41,076 bases of DNA from Seison nebaliae (Eukaryota), in assembly GCA_023231475.1 (NCBI GenBank), contig JALJEE010000267.1, positions 1 through 41,076 on the forward strand, written 5' to 3'. The notes below the pieces were generated by a model that made no database searches, was not told the DNA's origin, and saw only the letters and a list, made by a program, of their open reading frames with translations. Below, piece after piece: positions 10,853 to 22,513 of this stretch. The position numbers and the translations under genes are program-made. Position 1 is the first letter of the stretch. Each line of letters begins with the position of its first letter.

Positions 10853-12472
10853 ATGAGTTACGAAACTACCGAGGAAAAATGTGATGAGAAGTTGGAGTTG
10901 TCACGAAGTTTCAGGAAATTACTTGATACTCCTGTTTACGCATCTAATACTCTTACAAATCGGATGTTCTCGCGATGCAATTCGAATGGACAGTTTAACT
11001 ATAAAATTCTTGCCAATCTTTATGAGAATACGCGTGTTGCAGTAAATGTTGGATGTGATAAAAGGAATGAGAAAAGAGAAGAAGTCGCAATAAAGTCATT
11101 TGATACAACTCTTCCAGAAATTCATCAGAAATATTTACTTGCACTTCTACGAGAACAAGAGATTCATGGAATACTGAAACATCCAAATATAATAAAAGTG
11201 AAGGAAATTATTAAATGTGACGTGTACGTTCATTTCATTTTACAATATTCTGCATTTGTTGATTTTGAAGCTATCATTGAACGACATAATCGTTTGCCTC
11301 CACATCATGTTGCTCTAATAACTTATCAGTTATCAGCTGCATTGCTCTATATCCATAAACTGAATATAGTCCATCGAGATATAAAGCCATCAAACTTATT
11401 ACTCGGAAATCATGGACAATTATTATTATGTGACATGGGATCTGCTTGTCATACACCTTCATCACGTTGTACAGATGCACATGGAACTCTAGACTATTTG
11501 GCACCGGAAATTTGTACATTCAAAGGTGTTCCTTATGGATTATCTGTCGATATCTGGTCATTGGGTTGTACGATGTTTCAATTAGTTTGTGGTGATGTTC
11601 CCTTTACAAATACATTAAACGGAAGAACGAATATGGAAGGTTTTGTAAGTTCATCAAAAATTGATCATATCAAATCGTCATTGACAACGGAAGATGTTAA
11701 AGAATTACTAGCGAAAGCTCCGAATGAAATTCATTTGAAATTTCCGTTGCCCTTACCTCCAATCAAATATGTTCCAATTAATCTTTCATTTGATTATGAA
11801 GAGAATAAGCAAGTTGAACGACCAATAAAAACAGCCACACCAAATAACTGTAGAAATAAAAAACATTTTCATTATATTCAATCACCCGCAATCAAACGAT
11901 GTAAATTAATGAGTCATCATCCATTCCATAGGAATAATCCTAATTCGGAAGAAGAACAATCGTTTCAACAACGTGTCCGAATTGCTGCCGCTCAACGAAC
12001 ACTTAACTGTTATTCGTTAAAGAAATTTTGTGGTGATAGACATCAATCATTCGACGATTCTTTTATCAATATCGAAACTAACAAAGAAAAAGAGAACACT
12101 ATCCCGAAAGATTCATTGACTTTATCAATGACTGAAATATCGAAAGATGAATGTATTTCTAATGCTACTAAATATTTTAATTGTTTATTATTAGAAATTA
12201 ATCCGGAGAAACGACCGAAAATAGAAAAGATCATCAAACATAAATGGTTAATGGAACATTTGAATTATCGATTATATCCGAACAATTACCAATGTAATAA
12301 TCATCTTACATCAATCTACTCACACAATATTCAAGATATTAATCAATCAACCTTAAATCATAATGATTTAAATTATGAAAAAGTACAAGGATTTAATATT
12401 CTCGAATATATATTACCGGAAAATACTGTTCTTCAGGCTACTGTTCGTTGCGTTGAAGTTCATTTCAGTTAA
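10853..12472 (+). CDS. Divergent Aurora-family Ser/Thr protein kinase, intronless, ~539 aa
   Basis: VAIK, LLREQEIHGILKHPNII, HRDIKPSNLLLG, DMG, HTPSSRCTDAHGTLDYLAPE (Aurora A: [20 protein letters not shown]), VDIWSLG and LLEINPEKRP...HKWL. First ATG is at 10853. Confidence 0.85.
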   Translation: MSYETTEEKCDEKLELSRSFRKLLDTPVYASNTLTNRMFSRCNSNGQFNYKILANLYENTRVAVNVGCDKRNEKREEVAIKSFDTTLPEIHQKYLLALLREQEIHGILKHPNIIKVKEIIKCDVYVHFILQYSAFVDFEAIIERHNRLPPHHVALITYQLSAALLYIHKLNIVHRDIKPSNLLLGNHGQLLLCDMGSACHTPSSRCTDAHGTLDYLAPEICTFKGVPYGLSVDIWSLGCTMFQLVCGDVPFTNTLNGRTNMEGFVSSSKIDHIKSSLTTEDVKELLAKAPNEIHLKFPLPLPPIKYVPINLSFDYEENKQVERPIKTATPNNCRNKKHFHYIQSPAIKRCKLMSHHPFHRNNPNSEEEQSFQQRVRIAAAQRTLNCYSLKKFCGDRHQSFDDSFINIETNKEKENTIPKDSLTLSMTEISKDECISNATKYFNCLLLEINPEKRPKIEKIIKHKWLMEHLNYRLYPNNYQCNNHLTSIYSHNIQDINQSTLNHNDLNYEKVQGFNILEYILPENTVLQATVRCVEVHFS

Positions 12473-12623
12473 AATACTAATTGTTGTACAGAAGTAACAC
12501 TAACTATATCACATATCAGAATGCTGCCAATCTTATTCAATTAGGTAATTCTTACCAATTTTATCAGTTTAATATTTTTCAACTTTTCTTAACTTCTCCA
12601 GAATGTAGTGTAAAATAAATTTT

Positions 12624-15250
12624 TTATTCTGTTACAAATTTTAAATCCTTACTCATCATTCGTCGATTCTTTTTGGATGAATGATTTGATGGAAAATTTG
12701 TTCGTTTACGAATTATTTCTAAATTTTCTTCGTCCGCATTCGCCCATTCTAGAACCAGACGACGACCGTATAAATGAGTGGATGGAGCAATTAACTCAAA
12801 CGCTTGAATTGAGGAATTCACATCAGCGAATTCAACAAAACCAAATCCTCGGTGTTCATTTCGATTATCTTGACTTCTTTCTAATTGAATATTTCCTGTT
12901 AATTTTGCTGGTAATCGTACACTCACCAACTTTCCAAAAGTTTCGAAGAGACTTCGGATTTCTTGGGAATTTGCTTGAAATGGAATATTGCGAACACATA
13001 TCTTTTTACAACCTTCTTTCCTCCCAATCTTCACCAATTTTCTTCGTTTCTTAAAATCATCTTCAGAATTATTGTTTTCATTCGATTTTGTTGCAGAATA
13101 TTCGATTTTCATTTTAAATTTATCAATTTCTTTATCTTGTAATGATTTAATAGCGTCTAATGCCTCTTCTTTTGTATTGAAATGAACGAAAGCATAACCA
13201 ATAGATTGTAATTTGCGAAGAGTATCGCCTGTCTCATTCACTTGACTTTTCAACTCTTTCGCAACGACCACTTCTTTTAATTTACCATAAACACCGAATA
13301 ACGAACGAAGATCATCTTCCGTCGTTTTATATGGAAGATTTTTCACCAATAATCGTTTAGAGGCAATATCCAAATCATCTTTAACATTTTCAATTAAAGT
13401 TTCTTCATTCGCCATTTCTTTCTCTGTCTCTTTCTTATTAAACAATTCACTATGAGTCTTTTCAATTAATGCTTTTTCTTTTGTACAACATATTTCTTTA
13501 TGATTCTTCGGTTCGTTCAATAACCCAATAGGTGCCCATTCCAATAGTATGAGACTGTCATGAAAATTAGAATAAGAATTTCGAAGAAACGACCGTTTAG
13601 CTAATTGTTCATCTTTAAATTCGACAATAGCACAGCAACCGTGTTCAGGTAATATCAATTTTTCAGGTGGAGAAAAAAAAGAGTGTCGATCGTTTTGTGA
13701 CGATAATTTTTCTGTTGTTAATTCCTTCCAAACTTTTCCCTTATCGCCCATTTTATTTAGTATCTTTTCGTGACATATTCCACTCAATTTTTCGAATAAA
13801 CTCAATCTGGTGGCTTGCGGAGGTATATTCTTTACAAGAAAAACGGTTTTCGACCGTTCAACCTTTTCATTCATCTAACAAAAAGAAAATTTTGAAAGTT
13901 GTTAAACGGAAACTAACATTTATTAGGGAATCAACATCGACTCCTTTCTCTTCTAAAAAATCTTTCGTTTCTTTTACAATTTTCGCCTCAGCTAACGACA
14001 ATCGAATACCTAAATCTTCCTTCGTATTTGGTAATAAGAGTTCCTCCTTCGAGACACCTAATTCCTTTGCTGTCGCTTCAGCTATAAGATTAGAATTGAG
14101 AAATAATGTATTCCATGAATAAGATGTGGAATTTTCTTTCTTTTTCTCGATCTTATTCTTCTGTTGAAACGATTTACCAGTAGAATGGATTCTACCGATT
14201 TCTTCTGGTGTTTTCTTGGTAGCTTGTGCCGGATGCAAATATATGACTCGTCCTTTGAAATCTTTTCGATTCAATCCTTCGTAAGCTTTAATTGCATTGT
14301 GTGAGAACATGAATGTCACATAGCCGAAACCTTTCGGTTTTTGAATAAACGTATCAAATGGAATTTTCACTTCTGATAAATTTCCTGAAAACAATAAACA
14401 ATTATAAAGATTCTTTCAAAAATTTTGAACCATACTCTTCGAATAATCTTTGTAAATCCTCTTCTTTTGTATTAAAGGATAAATTTCTGATAAATAATCT
14501 CCCCGTCTGCAAGAGTAATTTTAATTTAATAATAGTAAAATAGTAAAATAATAATAGTGAATATAATTAGAAACGGAAAATGAAAAACTTCACATAAAAG
14601 ATTTATATCATCAGACGACAAACTTGTGGTTTTCCCATTAAATGTTTTCTCATCAAAATCTTCCGATTTCGTTTCACAATTTTCATTAACTTTTGTTAAT
14701 TCTTCTTTCAGTTTAACTAATTCTTCACTTTTATCATATTCATAAAGGAATTCTTCAAATTCCACCGATTCTATCAACTTTTAATGAAAATTAAATGGGA
14801 GACGATAGCTAATTATTTCCAACTTCTTTACCAATAATTTCGTGTAAACATTTCAATCGAATATGAACATCATTCGGTTTCAAACCCTTCTTCTTGTCAA
14901 TTTCTTTCAATTCATTTCTTGTTTTCTTATTCCAATTAAATTTTTTCTTCTTTTCTCGATCACCTAAACATTTCTCAACAGCAATTCGACTTGTGTTTAT
15001 AAATGTCTTATCGAAATATTGGAGTGCTGTCGCTGCGACATCTTCATTCTCATATCCAACAATTGCACATCTTTTAAATTTTCCTTCTTTATTTTTTAGA
15101 AGAAAAATATCAGTTACTGTACCGCATTTAGTAAAATGTTGTTTTAATCCATTTTCACTTATCTATAAATCGACAGAAAACGAAATGAATTTCATTTCAT
15201 TAAATCAAATTAACTTTCTCTGGTAAACCTCTGACAAACAAACGAGACAT
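12624..15250 (-). CDS. RBM19: RNA-binding protein 19 / Mrd1 (pre-rRNA processing), 6 exons, ~785 aa
   Basis: Exons 15250-15215, 15162-14824, 14777-14589, 14506-14431, 14384-13918 and 13874-12624 join in frame. Motifs MSRLFVRGLP, ETGRLFIRNL, SWNTLFL, VRNIPFQA and STHLYGRRLVLEWA are RBM19 hallmarks. Confidence 0.93.
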
Positions 15251-15709
15251 GAAAATAAACGTGGTCGACTTTTTGAACTGAGATTTTGAGCCTTATTTTT
15301 AATTAAACACCTTTTAACAAATTGTTAATAAACCATTAATGTGATGTTAGGCCTAGTAAGTATTATAGCCTTCCATAATACCCAGTCGTGCATTGTAATC
15401 AGAAGCATGACACTAAAACTAATTTGTAAAATTAAAAAAAACTAACAAGTAACTAACAAAGACTTTGTAATTATGAAAACTCAGCGCCGGAGTGTACGGA
15501 TCACCGATTATTCAAATAAATTAGTAAACTTCAATCTTCAAACAACTTGTGTCCAATTATATTATTGGATGAATGAATAATTAATAACAATAAATTAATG
15601 AACTAGATTTTAAGGTTGATGAGAAAATAAGCAGGCGTCTAATGTGTTAAATTACGTATTATATCCGAAAAGAATTTTATTTTAAAAACACTATTCACTT
15701 TTTGTTAAA

Positions 15710-16610
15710 ATGTTAACTTCTACTGAAATATTTACATTATTCTGCCTTACCTTCGCCTTCTGTAATTGCGTTAGTATTAACTGCAACTTCATATTTGTTG
15801 ATTAACTTATATTTATTAGAAAATTATAGATTCACATTACAAACAGCCGGATTCATTCCATTTCGATAATGGCACTCATGCCATAGACATAGAACAAGGT
15901 AATGTGAAAATAAAAGTTCCGAAATTTAGATTTACGGTATTGTTTTTCTGTCTTATGAAATAATTAATTTTTATATTATGAAGATTAATTACGAAACTTT
16001 TCAAGATGTCGTGAGCGAATACTTACGTTATTCGAGGGAATTACGTTCAAAGTTTTTTTTAAATTATGGTCCATAATATAAATAAATGGTTTTAATGCAA
16101 GTCATTGGTGTTGCAAGGATAGTAGTTACGAAAGCAGCCATAAAAGTCTTTCAAAGATCACTTCATTCAAAGGAGTAGAACATCATAAAGTCAAAGTAGA
16201 TTATTTTAATTATTCTAATGTTAGTACGTAACGTAAGTAATTTTTTATTAGTCTGATAGTGTTGGTTGTGGTGTATTTGGAGTGAAGACATGCTCAACAT
16301 ATACCATAATTTATTCGTTAGTTATTCATTATCTTGTTAACGATTTGCCAATACTTAATCCTTCAAAACTATATTAGTGAGAAAGTTATGTACAAAATTG
16401 AAACAGAAATCTACAAAGACATCGCCAGTTGTCCTCCAAAATATCTGAGTTGTTGTGAGGGATATCTAGCCTTTAAAAGTAATTGTATTCGTTAGTAGGC
16501 ATTCAACATTAATTCTAATATTCAAATTAAAAATAGATGGTAATACAATCCTAAACAACAACGATCTCCTTCTTCAATTACATTCATTAGGTTTATTGGA
16601 TCGAAAATAA
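15710..16610 (+). CDS. Small secreted cysteine-rich protein (EMI-like Cys pattern), 7 exons, ~196 aa; absent from the ORF track
   Basis: Exons 15710-15769, 15820-15936, 15984-16051, 16102-16195, 16252-16316, 16378-16490 and 16537-16610 splice GT-AG with consistent phases (an alternative exon-2 donor at 15916 is possible). Signal peptide MLTSTEIFTLFCLTFAFCNC; then HWCCK...GCGVFGVKTCSTY...CPPKYLSCCEGY...NC. Confidence 0.78.
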
Positions 16611-16749
16611 CTGTAAAAGAATCAAAAATTAATGTTTCTCTTAATAAATTTCATTTATTTTAAAACGTCTAATTTCTTATGGGAAAATTTAACAAAATTA
16701 GCTAATTTTGTTATCTAGATAACTCGGTGAATACTCATTCAGCACTGGT

Positions 16750-17440
16750 AATAAGTTGCGACCTAATTGCAAAACATACATTTGATAACAACTTATGTTG
16801 ATATAGATTCTATATCAACAACTGTTAAGCACCAAATCAAATTGAATTTCCGAAGTGATATCAGATATGGGACATTATTAAAAAGATTAAGAATAAATCT
16901 TCATTGACAAATAGATTATTTAAAGAATTTTTACAAGAAAAGAATATTGCGGACCATCTTCCAGATTAAAATCCTTTCCAAGTTTATTAAAATTCACATC
17001 GGATAAAGAAAATTACATAATTGAACAATATTATCTATCTAACATGTATTATAATTTTCAAAATGTAATTGATCACTAAATCAGCAATTTTCGAGAGCGA
17101 TTTAGCGAATTAAATTCTTCATTATATTACAAATCGACAACATTATTAATATCAAATCCTTTTCAGGAAATAACTTCCGAATTTGGTTTTTTTCGAATGA
17201 CATCCACGATGAATTGAACGTAATGAGATGTGACATTATCATCAGAACGAAATTTGATTATTTTGTTTCTCAAAAAAAAATTATATTGTTTCCTTTTGGC
17301 AATCTTGGCACTGTTCCAATGGAGGATTATCCATTTATTAAGATGGAAGTTGAAAAATATTTTACGATATTTTCTTCAACATGTGTTTGCGAAAGTGCAT
17401 TTTTTTAATGAATTATATTAAGAACCGAAGAAGAGGTTCT
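16750..17440 (+). mobile_element. Degenerate hAT transposase (Buster/GTF2IRD2-like) C-terminal remnant
   Basis: NFRERFSEL and DYPFIKMEVEKYFTIFSSTCVCESAF match the hAT dimerisation motif YP.L...A...L..F.STY.CE..FS. Many stops; the left boundary is approximate. Confidence 0.7.
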
Positions 17441-18367
17441 CTGCTAGATTCTAATGTAAGATTATAGATAGATTCTCTATAAGATTGTAATTAATGAGAG
17501 TTAAATTAAATAATTGTACTGAAAACTATTCGGATGTAAAATACGAATAAAAGATTTTATTCTTTTTTATTAAATAAAAAATTTATTAAACTAAAAATAA
17601 TTATAATTTACTCACTTACCAACAACACTACTCACAGTGGCTTTGTCAGTGGTTTTCTCATGCGTGCCCACTCCTGTTACCTATATAGAACATATGAGCA
17701 ATTCCAATAAAAAAAATGACAAGAACCAAAATCTATCGTATCAGTTATCATATCACAGTGAATTATTAGCTTATCGTGACCTCCTATTTGTGGGGCTGTA
17801 CAAGTGATTCGTGACCCTAAAATGATGGTACTACATCGTCCATATTATTTAAAAACCTCAGACTCAATATGATTCAAGTTCCCGAACGTTCAATTACCAT
17901 CATCATGACTACTAATTGGAAGCCATCTACTAATTTATCTGCCAAACTTATTCACATAGTGATAAATAATTATAATTATTTGTAATAGTTATATTATAAC
18001 AATCTTAAAAGTCATTGTTATCAATTTTAAAATCTGAAATTTTTTCATTGTGATTTAAATAAAATTAAATTTTTTTAACTGTTCACATGAAATTATTTAA
18101 CAACAACATGTCGTTTTTGTCATTTATTGTTTTGTAATGAAAAAATTTCATCATAATAATAAATGTTTATTAAACTCAAGCTAAAAATCTAAATAGGAAA
18201 TATGACAATCGTTTGAAATTGTTGTATTTGAATGTGCGACTGATAAGGAGGTGATAGAATAATTTTTAAAAAAATAAGACAAAACTTTATAAGCCCAATC
18301 ATCTCATGTCTTACGGTTGAATTGTGGGAATTACAACAAGTGGAAAAGATATAGAGTCTGTTTCAAA

Positions 18368-20079
18368 ATGAGTAATTCGGAAGACGAATTGGTTGACGAC
18401 ATTCTGAAGGAAGGAGTCGATAAGATAAGGTTGAATGAAATTGTAGAAAACGTGGAGAAGGGTGGGGGTGAAATGCGGACGGAAAAGAAAGTAGTTCCGG
18501 AACAATCAAATGAAAATACTAAATTGGATACATTGAACATTATATTTTGTGGTCATGTTGATGCTGGCAAATCTACCATTAGTGGTCAAATCATGTATTT
18601 GACGGGTATGGTTGATAAAAGAACATTAGAAAAATATGAAAGAGAAGCAAGAGAGAAGAATCGTGAATCATGGTTTGTATGATTTTTTTCAGTTATAACT
18701 TTATATTTGTTCAATGATGATAAAAGTAAATTATTCCAAATCATTAATGAAAGATGGATGATTAAAATTTTATTAGCAATCTCTCTGACGATTTTTTTTA
18801 AAGAAAATATTTTTCTTAACACATTCTTCTCGTTCACTAATTTAATATCATATTTTTAGGTATATCTCATGGATTGTTGATACGAATATTGAAGAAAGGG
18901 AAAAGGGCAAAACAGTAGAAGTAGGAAGAGCTTCTTTTAAAACTGATAAGAAACAGTTTATAATTCTGGATGCACCTGGTCATAAATCATTCGTTCCAAA
19001 TATGATTGGAGGAGCAGCTCAAGCGGATGTGGCCGTGTTAGTTGTATCAGCTCGTAAAGGTGAATTTGAAACTGGATTTGATCGTGGTGGACAGACGAGA
19101 GAACATGCCATGTTAGTGAAGACGGCAGGAGCAAAGCATTTGATTGTACTTGTCAATAAAATGGATGATCCCACCGTCAAATGGGACGAAGAACGATATT
19201 TGAAAATCAAAAAGAATCTCGGTCAATTTTTGAAATCTTGTGGATTTGCCAAACCGAAATATATTCCATGTTCCGGTTTAACCGGCGATTATTTGAAATA
19301 TCCATCAATTATTCCTGAAGCTCAATGGTACAAGGATGAATGTTTAATAACTTATTTGGATGAATTACCCTCAATGAAAAGAAGTAATGATGCAGCTTTA
19401 AGAATACCTATTGTTGATCGTTACAGAGATATGGGTGTGATCGTTTTAGGTAAAGTTGAATCAGGAAGTGTTGCCGTTAATGATAAGATTCTTTTGATGC
19501 CAAATAAGACTAAAGTGGAAGTGACAAATATTTATTTAGATGACGTTGAAATTACGAAAGCGTTGTCAGGAGATAATATCAAATTGAAATTGAAAGGAAT
19601 CGATGAATCTGTTATTTTTTTTATTAATTATTTATAATAATTATTCTTTAAAGGATGTACAAGCTGGTAATGTCCTCTGCAGTTTAGCTAATTATTGTGC
19701 TATTGGCAAAGTGTTTGATGCGGAAGTTGTAATTCTCAATTCAAAATCTATTATATGTCCTGGTTTCTCCGCGGTCCTCCATCTTCAATGTGCTACGAAA
19801 GAAGTATCTTTTAAAGTTAATATTTTCTTTCTTTTAAATTAATCGATATTTTCTTTTTAGGCTATTCTTGCATTAAAAGATAAGAAAACTGGCAAAATTG
19901 TAAAAGGCGAACGTCCTCGCTTTATTCGACAAGATCAAAGTGCGATCGTTCGTTTTGAAGTGAAGGAAGGTTGCATGTGTTTGGAGACTTATAAGAACTT
20001 CTCACAATTGGGTAGGTTTAATATTCGTGATGAAGATATTACACTTGGTATTGGCAAAGTTTTGAAGATTATTGAATAA
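18368..20079 (+). CDS. GSPT1: Eukaryotic peptide chain release factor GTP-binding subunit eRF3, 4 exons, ~478 aa
   Basis: Exons 18368-18672, 18860-19610, 19654-19815 and 19861-20079. Motifs GHVDAGKS, VDKRTLEKYEREAREKNRESWY, DAPGHKSFVPNMIGGAAQAD, GFDRGGQTREH, NKMD and LGRFNIRDE. Confidence 0.97.
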
Positions 20080-20961
20080 ATAATAAATTGAGTAAAATCG
20101 GTGAAATAATCGTATTCAATGAGAAGGATAAAACTGCCCTAGGGAATATGTGGAGATGAAACTTCAACTCTAAAATATTCTTAACAAATTATTTATTCTG
20201 AAAATTTTATTAATCTACAAAAGAATGAATATTCTTCTTATATCTTAATTTAATGACGAATAAAATTTCATTTCTATCGCTTCATTATTTCAACATACTG
20301 GAATTTCTTAAACGTGAAATATCGAGACCAAATCAAAAGTATTTGACGTTATAGTGATAAAAAAGAAGTCATTAATTTCTTTAATATTTGGGACGATTGC
20401 ACTTGAATTTCAGTCAAGCTCATTCTCAAATTGTAAATAAGGAAGAAAATTATTGTTATGATTTTTTCCAATCTCATTTTATTAACAAGTTCATTGAGTT
20501 TCTACCTAAACAAATAATTTTTCTAAAGAGCTATGGAATATTTCATTTAGGAAATTGGAAATTAATTGTTATATGGACGAATTTGATCAAATTATATATG
20601 TATATTCCGTTTACTAACTTATAAAGTTAGTATTATTATTGTTAGTAATATTAAGTATTAGAAGAATTTTTTTGAATAGTTGATAGAATTAAAATTTTCA
20701 AGTATCCTCTCAAAATGTTTTTACTGAAAATATTTTTTTTTCGTTTCTCAAATCTTTTGAAAACTTTTCATTGTAAATAGAATAATTGTTCAATTAGAAG
20801 TGTTTCCATGAGAAAAATTTATTAATTATACATTGTTGATAATTTATCATATTTTACGCTGGACATTATTAAGATTAGAAAATAAGATTTATTTGTTAAC
20901 CAAACAGGATTTAAGAAACAGAATTAAATCCGAAAACAATTCCAAATATATTCTCTAAAAA

Positions 20962-21192
20962 ATGAGTTCGATTCGTGATTCAACAATCTATCATAATGAC
21001 GATTGGGAAGAACAAAGAATGAATAATTTACGGATGGAATACATTGATGATAAAGATGATGTAGATATGCAACAAGCTAGATGGGAATATTACCAAGAAC
21101 TACTCTTCAAACGATTATTCATTTTATTCATTGTCATATTCATCGTTCTATTGGGAATATTATGTTATCTGGTCTACTTGTTAGTGACATAA
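20962..21192 (+). CDS. Small 76-aa protein with an acidic N-terminus and one C-terminal transmembrane helix
   Basis: ATG in AAAAATG context; hydrophilic D/E-rich half followed by a ~26-residue hydrophobic tail. No family recognised. Confidence 0.55.
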   Translation: MSSIRDSTIYHNDDWEEQRMNNLRMEYIDDKDDVDMQQARWEYYQELLFKRLFILFIVIFIVLLGILCYLVYLLVT

Positions 21193-21193
21193 A

Positions 21194-22156
21194 TTATGGA
21201 ACGTCATCAATTATTGATTGGACACCCTTTAATTCAAAATTCCATTTATCTCTTATATATAAACAATGATCTTCCGAATGATTCTTTGAATTTTTTGGAA
21301 ATTGGGAAATTCTAATTTTCTCTTTTCGTCCATTCTCATTTTCAATCGATCTCCATTCCATATGAGGTAACCAAGATTTTCTTTCTCGATAATTACCCAA
21401 TCTATTTAAAACTTCCAATAAAATTTTCATAGTTGGTGTATATTTTAATAATCTGGAACATTCATAAAATTGCGGAGGAGCCAAATTAATTTTCTTATTT
21501 TTGAACAATTCTAACGCTTCAAATGGAGAGAATGTTTGGAAATCAATCGCTTCTTCATTTGTCAGTTTTTTCACTAATTCACTTTCGAACGGGAAGATTG
21601 CCAATAACTCCTTCGAACGACGAATAGGTAAAAGATAGAAATTTGTATCAAATCTTCTAGTTGGAATATATCCGATATCTTTATTAGTTTTTGGAGTTGT
21701 CCATTTATTCCATAAAAATAAATTGTTTAATTTTAATCTGATTGAAGCCTCTTCACAAATTTCCAGAAATTTTTTCTTTTCTGACATCATATCCGAGTAT
21801 AATTTAATAAGCTTATCCTCTGTTAGAAGATTCTCACATAGTAGTGTTCCACTTTCTTCAAACAATTCTCGGAGAACTCCAACTCGAGACATGTAATCAT
21901 CATATTTACATATCTTTCTAAAACTTTTATTGGAATCAGTCGATAGATCAATCTTTCCACCTGGCCACACATAAATATTGGGCATAAATTCTGCCTTTGT
22001 ATTTCTTTGCATGAACAACAATTGGTAATCACAATATTTATCATCAATGTTTTCATTCACAACTAATCGATTCAGACTCTCATAATGTTTATGATGAGTT
22101 TGTAAGATAGAACGATCGATAACTAACAATATTGTCGATGCTTTTGTCGGTTTCAT
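21194..22156 (-). CDS. NUDT19: Nudix hydrolase 19 (acyl-CoA diphosphatase), intronless
   Basis: ASTILL, LLFMQR...FMPNIYVWPGGKID, RELFEESG (Nudix box), WNKWTTP...RRFDTNFY and LAPPQFYECSRL. First ATG is at 22156; the ORF track starts at an upstream GTG. Confidence 0.9.
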   Translation of the reverse strand: MKPTKASTILLVIDRSILQTHHKHYESLNRLVVNENIDDKYCDYQLLFMQRNTKAEFMPNIYVWPGGKIDLSTDSNKSFRKICKYDDYMSRVGVLRELFEESGTLLCENLLTEDKLIKLYSDMMSEKKKFLEICEEASIRLKLNNLFLWNKWTTPKTNKDIGYIPTRRFDTNFYLLPIRRSKELLAIFPFESELVKKLTNEEAIDFQTFSPFEALELFKNKKINLAPPQFYECSRLLKYTPTMKILLEVLNRLGNYRERKSWLPHMEWRSIENENGRKEKIRISQFPKNSKNHSEDHCLYIRDKWNFELKGVQSIIDDVP

Positions 22157-22513
22157 TTTAATCTCCTTCAAGATAATTTTACCATTTTTATATTCCTTCA
22201 CTTTTTATTTAGTTAGTTAATTATTATAAAATTTATTTGTTGAGGTGATTTTTTTAAGAAGCGAAAAATTGAAATTTTAAGAATACCACCCTGTTCGAAA
22301 TTGTTTGAACCATCAAGACAAATTTATTTTGGGATGAAAAAAATTGACGCTCAGAACGACTTTTATCACTTATTTTTTTTCATATTATAATGTATTAGCA
22401 AAAACAGTCTGATACTTTGTTTATTAAACACAGTTTAAAAATATAAGCTTAATCTTTAAAAGTTCAACCATAACGTAGCTAACTTTAAAAGAATTTACAA
22501 TGACCGAAAGCGA

